A stretch of 63,900 nucleotides of DNA, counting the filler, from Olpidium bornovanus S191 (Eukaryota; Fungi; Olpidiomycota): assembly GCA_017911155.1 (NCBI GenBank). It is 30 parts of 30 records of this genome, joined end to end, with 100 filler letters (N's around TTAATTAATTAA, not from the genome) between each part and the next. Parts side by side here need not be neighbours in the genome. Positions count along the whole stretch, not along the records: positions 21,851 to 24,660 come from JAEFCI010004998.1; positions 24,761 to 25,951 come from JAEFCI010002857.1; positions 26,052 to 27,198 come from JAEFCI010009898.1; positions 27,299 to 29,344 come from JAEFCI010002815.1; positions 29,445 to 32,329 come from JAEFCI010011453.1; positions 32,430 to 35,947 come from JAEFCI010010924.1; 24 more parts are not named here. The stretch is one strand, 5' to 3'. Both the position numbers and the translations under genes were made by a program. The notes under the pieces were generated by a model. The model was not told where the DNA came from. It made no database searches and was given only the letters and a program-made list of their open reading frames with translations. Every line of letters begins with the position of its first letter. Position 1 is the first letter of the stretch. Of the stretch, positions 21,751 to 32,697 are shown one piece after another.

Positions 21751-22097
21751 NNNNNNNNNNNNNNNNNNNNNNNNNNNNNNNNNNNNNNNNNNNNTTAATT
21801 AATTAANNNNNNNNNNNNNNNNNNNNNNNNNNNNNNNNNNNNNNNNNNNNCATGACGCGCCGGGAGGGGAAATAACCCGGGTTCACCTCCCGCCGCCGCC
21901 GCATAATGCGAAAATTATGCCAACGCGAAGCCCTCCCCGAAAGACGGGGAAGACGCGCGTCAAATTTAACGAGATGGGCGCCGCGATGTGCGCCGCCCGC
22001 GAGGGGGATTTGGGGGTGAGGTGGGGGTTGGGGTAGGTTCGACGCCGCCGAGAACTCTGCCGTCAGTTTCCCCGAAAACTTCAAACCTCCAAAAAGA

Positions 22098-22104
22098 TAT
22101 AAAA
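22098..22104 (+). promoter_or_regulatory. TATA box of the small secreted protein gene
   Basis: TATAAAA about 215 nt upstream of the ATG. A GTGAGT donor at 22162 suggests a 5'-UTR intron. Confidence 0.45.
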
Positions 22105-22314
22105 CGCAAACTGCTCGCTTCGCCTTTTTTCAAACACGGGAAGGCCAAAACCTGAACGCGAGTGAGTTCTGCTGCTTAGCAGCTGCTAAACGCTGATTGG
22201 GGTGCCCCGCTGGGCGCTCATTTACATTACGCTTTTTTGTTTCTTCGGGCTCTGCCTATCTCCGACGGCGCGGCCAAAGAAGCAGTCGTCAAAACGCTCG
22301 GGTTGTCCAAAATA

Positions 22315-22590
22315 ATGAAGGTTGCTTTCGCTGCCGTCGCCGCAATGGCTGCCCTCGTGCAGATCGTTTCCGCAGCCCCCCACCCCGATCCGGCTCCGGC
22401 CCCGGCTCCGAAGCCGGCGCCCTCCCCGCCCGGCGTTTTCGAAGACAGGTTCGGGAAAGGAAACGGAAAGGGATTCTACGGCGAGGGTTACGGAAAGGGC
22501 AACGGCTATTATGGCATGGGTTACGGCAAGGCCAAGGGTTATGGCGGCTATGGGAAGGGCAAAGAGAAAAAGGCAGTGGTGGTTGAGTGA
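22315..22590 (+). CDS. Small secreted Gly/Tyr/Lys-rich protein (91 aa): signal peptide, X-Pro propeptide, GYGK repeats
   Basis: MKVAFAAVAAMAALVQIVSA | APHPDPAPAPAPKPAPSPPGVFEDR | FGKGNGKGFYGEGYGKGNGYYGMGYGKAKGYGGYGKGKEKKAVVVE*. Confidence 0.85.
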   Translation: MKVAFAAVAAMAALVQIVSAAPHPDPAPAPAPKPAPSPPGVFEDRFGKGNGKGFYGEGYGKGNGYYGMGYGKAKGYGGYGKGKEKKAVVVE

Positions 22591-25235
22591 TTTGAAGCAG
22601 GAAATGTGCAAAACCATCGCGTCTATACTGCCTACACAATATGCTGTACTCCCTGCGCTATCAAATTCAAAAAAAGCATATTGGAGATAAATCCGTAGCA
22701 TTTTAGTTAGCCAGAAAAGTCCAATTCAACGTGAGCACGCGGGGCTTTATTGGATGGCGGGGAAGGTCAGCGCCTCCGCGAATGGAGAACGTGATTTTAT
22801 TGCGGGGACCGGGACAGCGGGGATCCGGCCGCGTTTTAGCAAAGGTGGCGTTTAGTGATAAACCGACTGGTGAGCGCCACGGAGAATAAGTGCGGGAAAA
22901 AAGGTGAAAGGGACCGAGAGCCGCCAGCGCGGGGTTTATGTTGACGTCCCGAAAAAAGGAGCGGCCCACGCCGAAAATATCGTCGTGGACGGCAAATTCA
23001 CCGTTGCACCGAGGGATGACGGGGGCGCCGGCCTGCGCCGAGCCCCGGCGGGAGTGATTTTGTTGGTCGTCTGTCTGCGGAAAACAGTTTACGCGCATTT
23101 TGGGGCGAGTTGCCCGCGGGCAAAAAGTGGCGGCTCTCGGCAAGTGACCGAAGCGCACGTTCGTGACGGATTTCGTTCCCAGGAACGGGCGATCGCGGAG
23201 CGTGCGGGGTGCGTGATGTTCGGGAAACACGGATGCAACACTGGTGGACGAAACGCTCCTGCGCCCGGACCTGCTGCTTTCTGGAACAGCGGTTTGGGGC
23301 GGGAGGAAAGAGTTGGAGGCAAGGAGGGAGGAAGGGCAAATGGCGTCATTCGTCGTTCGCGGGAGGGGTGTGTGTGTGTGTGTGTGTTTGTGTGCGTGTT
23401 TGGAGAAAGGGGATTTTGGATTTTCTGTGCTCTTAAATACATCGCTCCTCGTGGAAATAAAAAAGGCCTGGAGAACGAAAAGCTTTTGCTGGCTTTGATC
23501 TGCCCTCCTTTCCTCGCCCTCCCCACATTCCCCCCGGAAGAAATGCACTGGGGCCCCCTCCCCCCCTTAGTCGCTTTAAACACCAGATTCGGGTCGCCGC
23601 AAAAAGCCCTAGGGGTGTTCCGAGCGGACGCGGTTTTATGCGAGTCTGCGCTCCGCCGTGGAGTGGAAATCATTTATTATTTCCGTGCCTGGCGCGGGCG
23701 TCCGTTTTCCTGGCCGAAATTCCCGCAAAGCCCTGATAACCGCAGGCCACTCTGACAACTTTGGTTGTATTTTGACCGAAGGGATGGTGAGTAATAAAAA
23801 AAAAGAAGAAACTGGAGGAAAAGGACGGTTTTGGGACAGCTCCGGGGGAGGGACGGAGCTGGCGGGCCGGGACCGCCCGAGATTTCGACGGAAAAGAAGA
23901 AAATTTGATCACAAAAACAAACTAAATTAGAGAAAACTGGTTTTCGTCTCCTCGCCAACTGAGATTGTATTCCTGTCCGAAAATAAAGGAGAGGGCGCGG
24001 TTTGGGGCGCGGGAGGTGCGGTGGGGCGGGGGAGGTGCGGCTGGGTGAGGTGGAGCAGGAACGTCGGGAATGGAATATGGCGGCAGGCGAGAGGGAAAAA
24101 GGGGGAGTGAGAAGGGAGGGGAAAGAGTCGGAGGAAGAATTCAAAACGGGTGTCGCGATTTTTTTTCTCGCCCCTCAACAGCGCGTCTTTCGTCGGAATA
24201 TTAACCTCAGGCGGGAGCTCATATTATGCTCGTCGCGCCCTTTCGCGAGGCCCATACGGAAAAAAAGCGAGAAAAGTCCCGCTCCCACACAGCCCCGATA
24301 AAACTTGTCGTGGGCACGGCGCGCAGGACGAATCACAAAGGGCGTTTCTCGGATTGTCCCGTATATGGGTTCGCGGTACGGCACGGCGCCAAAACCTGCA
24401 CCCGCCGTGGTCGGAACGGTCCATATAGCGTCACTCTGCCCCCCTCCATTGCCGGCCGTGGAGAATGACGACACGAGCACGAACTCGCACCCACCACGCC
24501 CAAGCGCAGATACGCGGGAGCGCCGGCAAAACATACGCGACCGCGACCGCGGCTGTTCCCCGCCCCGCCCTTATGCAGAGTCGCGTCATTTTTCGCTTAC
24601 ATCACGTCGAGTGCCCGTGCCCCGCCGCCGTCGCCGCAGATCACCTGGACGGAACATGCANNNNNNNNNNNNNNNNNNNNNNNNNNNNNNNNNNNNNNNN
24701 NNNNTTAATTAATTAANNNNNNNNNNNNNNNNNNNNNNNNNNNNNNNNNNNNNNNNNNNNAAGGGCAGAAAAAAAAAAAAAAAAAAAAAAAAAAGAAAAC
24801 CTTACAAGGGGAAACAAAACAAAGGGCCGGCACGCAAAGGCGCACGCGCGCCCTGGCAAACCAACCACAGCGGAAAGCAGCAGCACCTGGCACTTGGAGA
24901 ACGATCCTCTCCTCCGGTCGATCCAGGGGCAACCGGGAACCTACCTGAAACCCAAAAGGTGTTATGCGGAGAGCCGGGCGCCTTGTAGTCTGTTCTGCAC
25001 GTCACAGCAGGTAGCCCGCGCGCAAGTCCACAACAAGCCCAGGAGGACGCGAGACTCCCCGAGACGGAGCGAGCTCACGTTCCACCCCGCAGCACGTGGA
25101 AAAGCGGCTGGCGGACGCCCGCAGCGCCAGCTTGGAAATATTTTGTAGACTAAAGACACAGTGGCTACGCACTATAGGGCTCGCCTGGTAATTCACTGAC
25201 AGTCGCTGGCTTTGTCGCCGTTTCGATAAGCGTAA

Positions 25236-25951
25236 ATGGTCGCCTCGAGGACCCAGAACAGCGAGTTCGGAGCTCCCGGTCCGCTCACCGCTGCTAAAAG
25301 GGCCACGGTTGCGGCAACAATTCAGTCCCAGCGCCGCTCTCAGTCGGAAGGATCCCTGCCCGTCCAAGCTCAAGGGGTTTTTTGGACGCCGGCTGCTCCG
25401 CCACCGACCCGGTCGATCTACCAAGCTGTACTCCCCGATGCAGTTGACAACAAAGTATTACAGTTCGGCCAAGATTCATCGAAGGTAGAGGAGGAACTTA
25501 ACGAAGAGGACGATAACCTGAAAACAGAAAAGACGCGGAGAAGCTTGGCGCTTATAACGAGGTGCATCACTGGCGCTATCGAAAAACAGCGGAAGGTAGG
25601 TCTGCACACACCGTTTTACGCTTGTAGATATGTCGCTGTTTTTGTCGTCCCTGCGCCTTTTTTGTTTGCAAGTGTTCCGGCTTGACAGTAACGATTGTAA
25701 AAATCTGTAGGGCGACGACACCGAATATCAAGACATCATCCAGCAGTTGACTACCAAATCGAATTCAACGATTGCCCTGTCCAAGCCCAAGCTCCTCCTC
25801 TGGATCCGCGCACTTTCTCGTGTCGCCGCCTACCTGACGCGGTCCTGCCATTCCCTCGTGGATGCTGCGCTAAGCCTCGACTGGGCTTCCAAGGATGCTT
25901 GCTTTGCCGATGGATATATCCGTTTCCTGGGGAATCTTGTCAGCGCACATG
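25236..25951 (+). CDS. RRN3: RNA polymerase I initiation factor RRN3/TIF-IA, 5' part; exons 25236-25595 and 25711-25951
   Basis: LLLWIRALSRVAAYLTRSCHSLVDAALSLDWASKDACFADGYIRFLGNLVSAH matches the RRN3 segment (W......Y..FLGNLVSA). Phase-0 intron. Confidence 0.8.
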
Positions 25952-26051
25952 NNNNNNNNNNNNNNNNNNNNNNNNNNNNNNNNNNNNNNNNNNNNTTAAT
26001 TAATTAANNNNNNNNNNNNNNNNNNNNNNNNNNNNNNNNNNNNNNNNNNNN

Positions 26052-26760
26052 ACCAGCAGCTGCGGCTCTTTTGGACCGCATCCACTCCGACCTCCCGGAA
26101 TTTCCGGTCACGTTCTTCGGCGGTTCGCGTTGGATAGTTACCTTCCTCGACGAGAACACCCGGTACATCATGGTTTACTTCCGAAAAACCAAGTATGATG
26201 CTTTTTCCTGCTTCGAAGCATTTGTCGCGGCCGTGGAGGTCGAGCATGGGAGACGCCCGAAAGCCCTCCAAGTCGATAGCGGAAGGGAGTGCATCAACGA
26301 GATATGGAAACACTACGTGTCGGCGGGGGGGATGCGCATGAGGATCTCTGCGCGGGATTCTCCGCACCAAAACGGTCTGAACAGAACAGAACAGAATGTT
26401 GCTCGGTCGGACACGCTGCATACTACTTCACCACCAGGCCCCGGATACCTTTTGGGCGGAAGCGCTGGCGTGCGCTGTTCATATCTACAACGGGCGTCCG
26501 CACTCCGCGGTCGAACAGAAGAAGAGCCCGCATGAGGCGTGGACTGGAACGGCACCGAGTACAAATCACCTGCGCATTTTCGGATGCCTGGCGTTCATCA
26601 ACGTCCCAAAACAATGCAAACAGCACAAGCTTGCCCCCCGGGGGGAGCGTGTCGTCTTCGTGGGGTACGAGGTGGAATCGAAAGTGTTGAAAATTTTGGA
26701 ATCCGTCGACAAGGGAGTTCGTCTGGAGTAGGGACGCGAAATTCATCGAGAGCACAAGCG
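26052..26760 (+). mobile_element. Ty1/copia integrase core, frameshifted
   Basis: LLDRIHSDL...FLDENTRYIMVYFRKTK...LQVDSGRE...SPHQNG, FWAEALACAVHIYN, HLRIFGCLAF...KLAPRG...FVGYE. Confidence 0.95.
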
Positions 26761-27399
26761 GGTTCTCGGGCTTGAGCTCCGTCGCCCAACCCGCTGATGA
26801 CGACGCCTACGCTCTGACCGCGACCACAACAGTCGCTGTAACGAAAACGGCAAAAATTCATGGTTGAGATGTCTGCGGCGCGGATGACAAGTGCGCCGAC
26901 AACGACGATGACGACGATCACTTTCAAGATTTCGACGTCGGCGGGCACGCACTGGATGCTGGGGGAGAGGTTTCCACAACTCCTTGTTGCTCGGATCAGG
27001 AGCGACGCCACCCGAAGGAATGGGGCATTCGTTTCCGCGAGAGCGGTGCTTTCCTTTTCGAACAGCACGCGTGATCTAGTCTCGTCGCGCGGGCGGGGGA
27101 GAGGTATACGGCTAATTCATCGTTTTGCACTTGAATAAAACAGTCCCGCGTCGCGAGAACTCGCACGCGGCAGTTCACTATTTACACTTAGCTACATGNN
27201 NNNNNNNNNNNNNNNNNNNNNNNNNNNNNNNNNNNNNNNNNNTTAATTAATTAANNNNNNNNNNNNNNNNNNNNNNNNNNNNNNNNNNNNNNNNNNNNGT
27301 TCAACGAAGATGCCAGTGTATAGTTTTGCTGTTGATGCCGCAAGGGTGTGGGTTGGAGTAGTCGACGCTGTTGTGGGGTACCTTAGGCGTAACCTGTAG

Positions 27400-28330
27400 T
27401 TGACAGGTGATGCGGCATGCGACGTATGCGGTTCATCACGCACGGATCGCAGACGCGAAGGGTGGCATCCGTGTCGAAGTCCGCCCGCGTGATCGTCTCG
27501 CAAGCCTGCTTCCGCAGCGCACGTGTCGTGTCTGCGCCGAGGTCGGTCAACCAGGAGTGCCGTCACTCGTACGTGTTCACGGAAGTAAAGCCCGGCCGTG
27601 GGCATCGCTTCCGCTTCCTCATCGTCCCATTTGTGGCTCGAGCCCCGTAGAGGGTTGGCGTCGAGGCGGTAGAATTGAGGTCCCTTCGTGCCGGTCGCAA
27701 CCCGGTTCAGCGACGAATAGTTAATGTTGAGATCCCTGGAAAATGTACGCCTTTCCGTGTGTCGCAAAAATGACATTCAAGGCCGGCGTTGACGGCGAGA
27801 ACGGCCGCTTTGCGAGTTTTAGATCGTGGAGGACACGTTCGGCTCCAAACGAGCTCGCCGTTTCCGTGATTCCGCGTGAGGACTGTGCCGTCAGCTTCTG
27901 CTGCGACCTTTGCACCTTTTGCCACTGTCTTAATCTGGCGGCGACTTGGTTGTTTGGAAGTTCACCCACGAGGCGACCGGGATCCTGTGCTGGGTTGCGC
28001 GTGTGCCCATGGCGGACCTCGTTGACCACGTGCATCAAGCTGGGTGACGGCAATTGCGTACGAATTGGGCAGAACAGGCGGCCGCATCGACCGGTGGATT
28101 TGGGTCCGGCGAATCCACTTCATCATCGTCAGCAATCATGCTCATAACAGCGGCGACACGAGGGCTGTTCCTTGTCAGCGCCGGCCGCGTGAACCCGAGG
28201 TGCAGGCTTGTTCTGTGGCCGACGCTGATTTGGCTGATGACGTGCACGGGGGGCTTGGAAATTGGGGCGATCTCGATGGAAGTGTCGAGTACTGGCGGGG
28301 CAGTATACGCATAACGGCACTCCTTATCGT
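27400..28330 (-). mobile_element. Heavily decayed copia gag-pol (knuckle, protease C-terminus, GAG-pre-integrase)
   Basis: LCVYCPASTRHFHRD (knuckle relic), RVLHDLKLAKRPFS, VATGTKGPQFYRLD, HSWLTDLG...VCDPCVMNRIRRMPH. Confidence 0.65.
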
Positions 28331-29187
28331 CAACACGGTAGTTCTGAACCAGCCGGCTCTGAGAGTGGCAGCCGATTGCGTCCGTCGTGGAACATCAACT
28401 ACGAAGAACGTGACAAAGCGGAAGAGGAAAGACGAAGAGGTTAGCGTGGAAACGGGAGGAGACGGAAACCGTCTGCCATATCTCAAGGAGTGGAAACACG
28501 CCGGTCAAGTTTCTCGCGGCAGTCAACAATTCGCCGAACATTTTGTCGGAATTTGAGCTTTGACCCCTGCTGGAACCCCGAGAGCGGCCATCGAAGCTAC
28601 ACACAAATACGGACGTCTTGATAGCACCACGTTCATACATGCGATTACATTGGAAAACTGGAAAAAAAAGAAGTATTCGGCTGATCATCTGATTGGCCAA
28701 ATTGTGAATAAAGTCACGTGACTTTTTCATTCTTTTGCTCCATTCTTCCCCTACCGCATTTTATTACTCATTATAAATATATACTCCATTAAAAAACTTT
28801 GGGTGCCTGGGGAGTAATTTCCTGTTAAACATTCAAATCCCAAAAGAGCAATTTTTTTTTCAACATGGAAAGTAAGGCCGAAAGGAGAGAAAGAAGTGAA
28901 AAGAGGAAAACGACCGCAAAGGGGTGGTTTCCCCGCCGCTTAGCAAAAAAACCTTATCCCCAGGGAATGATTGGCCGTTTTCAGTCAGGCGAAAGGACCC
29001 CAGTGGCACACTTTCACCGCGCACTCCAAAAACCAATTTCTCCCGCATATTGAGGCACCAGCTGAGCGAGCAGTCTGCTTTGGAAGGGAATTTTAGTGTG
29101 GGGGAGGGCGATGGAAGCGAGTGCGGGAAGCGCGAGGACGGGAGGAAAAGAGGAGGAGGGAAAAAAAAAGGTTTTTAAAGGAAAAAC

Positions 29188-29229
<42 letters not shown>

Positions 29230-29766
29230 AGGAAGGGGGGGGGCGGGGGGGGGGGGGGAGGGGGGAGGGGGGAAAAGGGGGGGGGGGAAAAAAAAAAGTT
29301 TTTAAAAGAAAAAACTAAAAAAAAAAAAAAAAAAAAAAAAAAAANNNNNNNNNNNNNNNNNNNNNNNNNNNNNNNNNNNNNNNNNNNNTTAATTAATTAA
29401 NNNNNNNNNNNNNNNNNNNNNNNNNNNNNNNNNNNNNNNNNNNNCATGTACGAAAGAAAGAAATGGAATAAAGGTACGAACAGGGGGAACGAGAAGCCCC
29501 GTATTGGCCAATAGAAAACGAACGTTCAGGAGATAGAATTCGCCTTGCAATACGTAGCAAATTGCGAAAGGCGCCAAGAGATGAATGTATATGCGCCTTT
29601 GCGAGAAAGAGGATAGCGAGCAGGCGTCACGCGCCTTATTTCGTTACGCATCAGTCACCGGCGACGATTCCCTTTCGTCCGCCTCAGCGTTCGGCGAATG
29701 TGGTAGACTCTTCGGCAGGTACGAAGCAGCTCCCGGTCTGTCCAACGGGCAAAATCGGGCCGCACG

Positions 29767-31089
29767 TCACAAACCCAAGCCGCTGACCTGGTCGTTCAGC
29801 ATTTGGTACTCGAATTCGGCGGCCAGGTCAGAAGATGAAAGGATTGCTGCCAACTTCGAGAAGGCGTGGCGCGCAGCGGAGGGGGGGTCCCGTGGAGAGG
29901 TATTGCCATGCGGACGCTCGCGAAGCACGGTGGCGTCGTAGGCAGGGAGCGGAACGCGGATAATCAAGTCAAGGACCCGGGAAATCCTGCCTTCCGACCG
30001 GGAGCATAGAGCGCCCAGGACGCGGCGGTTTGCGGCCGTCGTCGCTTCGACCCAGTGTCGCTCCTGCGCGGCGGGGCCGGTGACCACCGCCCCAGAATCG
30101 TTGTAGTCCCACGTGTCCTCGTTGGATTCCGACCGGCGTTTCCAAACGAACGAAGCGTACTCCCCCGACAGCGCCCCACCCGCCGACAGCTCAACAAGCA
30201 CTTCAGCGAACTGGGATTGGTTCCACGCCGGCTCGCAGGAATACAATTCCAGCGCGTCACGCTCGAGCACGCTCTTGCCCTTCGGGCTTCCCGCCCAGTG
30301 CGCTTCGTGCCGGATCAGGCTGAGCATGCTCGGCTCCGCCCCTGCCAACACCGTCAAAACGCGATCCAGGGCCATGGGCGAACACTGTAGGTAGAGCAGC
30401 TCCGCCGATACCGTGGCTTCGTCTCGGCCGTCCAAACAGGCGTCGATGTCATCAAGGACAACCACAAGCTTGAGGTTCTGCGCCCGGAGGAGACTGAGCA
30501 GCCGGTCCATCTCGGCAGCGGCTGGGCGGCGGTCCAAGGCGGCGATGCCAGGAGCGCCGGCTCGCACCAGGGCATGGCAGATGACTTCAAACGGTGTCAA
30601 CGAAGGTAAGGGTGTCGTGGCTAACGACGTTCGTGCGGGGCATGAGTAATAGACCACTAATACCCGGTCAGGCGGATAAATGATTGACGTCGCGGCAGCC
30701 AATGACCGCAGTAACAGCGATTTCCCGACGCCGCTGGGACCGAGGAACACCTGCACTTTTGGCTCCGTCCACCGTGTGCATGCTCCTGAAAAACAATAAA
30801 AACCCAGCCCGAACGATGGCGGCCCTAACCGCTCTTCTGCCGCAAGGGACCACTGCTTCATCAGCTGGATCCTGCTGGACGTGAATGCGAACGGGAGACT
30901 GGCCAGATCCTGCGGGCAGTCGGGAGTCCCGAAGAAGTGTAGAAGGCGGCGGAGGGCGTCCTCAAGGGCGGGGGCTCCCGAGCCTCCGTAAAACCTTGCC
31001 AGGCTGGTGCGGACATGGCCCAAGGCCGGGCACTCGCCGTCCGCCCAGACTGTCGGCGCCTCGACTTCGGCAGGCAGTAGTACAGGCAT
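29767..31089 (-). CDS. Intronless P-loop NTPase (STAND / Crinkler-associated AAA+-like), about 440 aa
   Basis: Walker A VFLGPSGVGKS, strand VLVVYYSC, Walker B LVVVLDDID, strand VLTVLAG, and helical LCSRSEGRISRVLDL. The upstream part of the 655-aa track ORF is intergenic or antisense to the next gene. Confidence 0.7.
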   Translation of the reverse strand: MPVLLPAEVEAPTVWADGECPALGHVRTSLARFYGGSGAPALEDALRRLLHFFGTPDCPQDLASLPFAFTSSRIQLMKQWSLAAEERLGPPSFGLGFYCFSGACTRWTEPKVQVFLGPSGVGKSLLLRSLAAATSIIYPPDRVLVVYYSCPARTSLATTPLPSLTPFEVICHALVRAGAPGIAALDRRPAAAEMDRLLSLLRAQNLKLVVVLDDIDACLDGRDEATVSAELLYLQCSPMALDRVLTVLAGAEPSMLSLIRHEAHWAGSPKGKSVLERDALELYSCEPAWNQSQFAEVLVELSAGGALSGEYASFVWKRRSESNEDTWDYNDSGAVVTGPAAQERHWVEATTAANRRVLGALCSRSEGRISRVLDLIIRVPLPAYDATVLRERPHGNTSPRDPPSAARHAFSKLAAILSSSDLAAEFEYQMLNDQVSGLGL

Positions 31090-31432
31090 CGAAGTTCTTT
31101 CAATATTCTGCGAGCGGCGGTTAAACGGCGGGAAGGGGGTCCCCGGGTAGGGGAAGCTCAGAACGCGGGCTGTGAGGCGGGTCACGTGATCCGCTGCTGG
31201 GCAAAGCAGCCTTGTCCTCCCAGGGTGACACAGCGCTCTCTCGTCGGGGCGACCACGTGACCTCCTCGTTAAGAATGTCGCGGAACCTCTCTCCCCACCC
31301 CCCCCCCCCACACACACACACACACACCCCCGACGAACTTCGGCGTTCGCGAAACTCGCGCCGACTTCTTTGTCCGGGTTGCTCGCGCGCAGGGAACGCA
31401 GCTCGCGCTCGCCCAAAGGGTCATTAGTAGTC

Positions 31433-32056
31433 ATGTCGAACCAAGAGGACAAGCCGCCGCTCAGGCGGTCGGCGAGGAACGCCAAGAAGAACTCCACGCC
31501 GGACGCGTCCAACGTCCCCGATCGGCAGGGGCAGCGACCGCAGCCAGTTGCAAGTGCGCCGCGCGCGAAATCGACATCACGGAAGAAGAGCGCGTCCACC
31601 AGTGACCCCGCCCCGAAACGGAGCACATGCAGGGACGCGCCGAGATCGAAACGGGAAACACGCCCCTCTTCAGCCGCATCAACGCCTGCTGCCTCCGAGG
31701 CAACAGCAGTCGGCGACCAAAACGATTCGGTCAAGTCTCCCGCTCAGTCGGTTGAGTCCGCCCAAACGTTGGCCGACGACACTATTATGGCCAATGACGA
31801 AACCAACGGAGCGAGCTCCGAATCCACTGCGCTGATATTTGCTGGTACGACGCTGATTATTTCCACGGTGGAATATGCTAGATACTCATTCCACGAGTTG
31901 TCACCATAGACATTCAGCAGGCTCTTCGCTCTCTTAGTTCGTTCGAAACGTTCCAGCCGCGTCAAAGGTCACGCGCCCTTCGAACCCTGACGGAGATTCG
32001 CCGGCATCGAGCAACGACTCCATTGGCGTGCGCCGTTGACAATTTTTTTCCCGAGG
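31433..32056 (+). CDS. Hypothetical protein with basic disordered N-terminus; exons 31433-31844 and 31910-32056, continues beyond
   Basis: MSNQEDKPPLRRSARNAKK...; two phase-consistent GT-AG junctions; divergent from the NTPase gene. Confidence 0.55.
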
Positions 32057-32697
32057 GTAAAGTATCCCCACCCCCACCCTTTTTTTTCTTTTGAAGGGCC
32101 TTATATTCCGGGAATTTACTCCTTGATAGATCATATATTCAGGAAACGCCTTCTCTCTTATCTTGGGGTACGGCGCAGGTTGCCGAATTCTGTCATATAT
32201 CCTGGCGTCATGATGCACTGAACGTTTCCTGTTTTTGCCATAATAAGTCAACTGCCAACGGGTTCCGGAACACTGCCGGCAAATCCCCCAGTAATGCTAA
32301 CACCGCCAGGTTCCTTCCCGAAGGAGCTANNNNNNNNNNNNNNNNNNNNNNNNNNNNNNNNNNNNNNNNNNNNTTAATTAATTAANNNNNNNNNNNNNNN
32401 NNNNNNNNNNNNNNNNNNNNNNNNNNNNNCCCGCCCTACCACCACGTTCGCATCAATCGAGCCGGAGGAGAAGTTACACGGAAGAAGCGGGCAGACAGTC
32501 CTCCTCTGTCCTGACCCGCGGGGAAAGTCGTGGTTCACGGCGCAGCCATGACAAAACTTCCGGAAGAGGCGCCGCACCAACCCCCTCCCCCCTCCCCGCC
32601 CCGCAAATTTTTTTTTTTTTTTTTTTTTCTTTTCTAAAGGTAAAAGGGCTCCATTTTCTGGCCAAACGAGGCGGCGAGTGGGAGAGAAGAAAAAAGA

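Noticed and set aside
29140-29344. Poly-A/poly-G stretches as coding or G-quadruplex elements (also 4840-4925, 5432-5545, 37754-37871)
   Set aside because: Concentrated at contig ends and typical of low-quality homopolymer sequence; lengths are unreliable.
29767-31734. The 655-aa ORF as a single protein
   Set aside because: Its first 200 or so codons run antisense to a spliced + strand gene (from 31433) and through a CA/C tract; the credible coding part starts near 31089.
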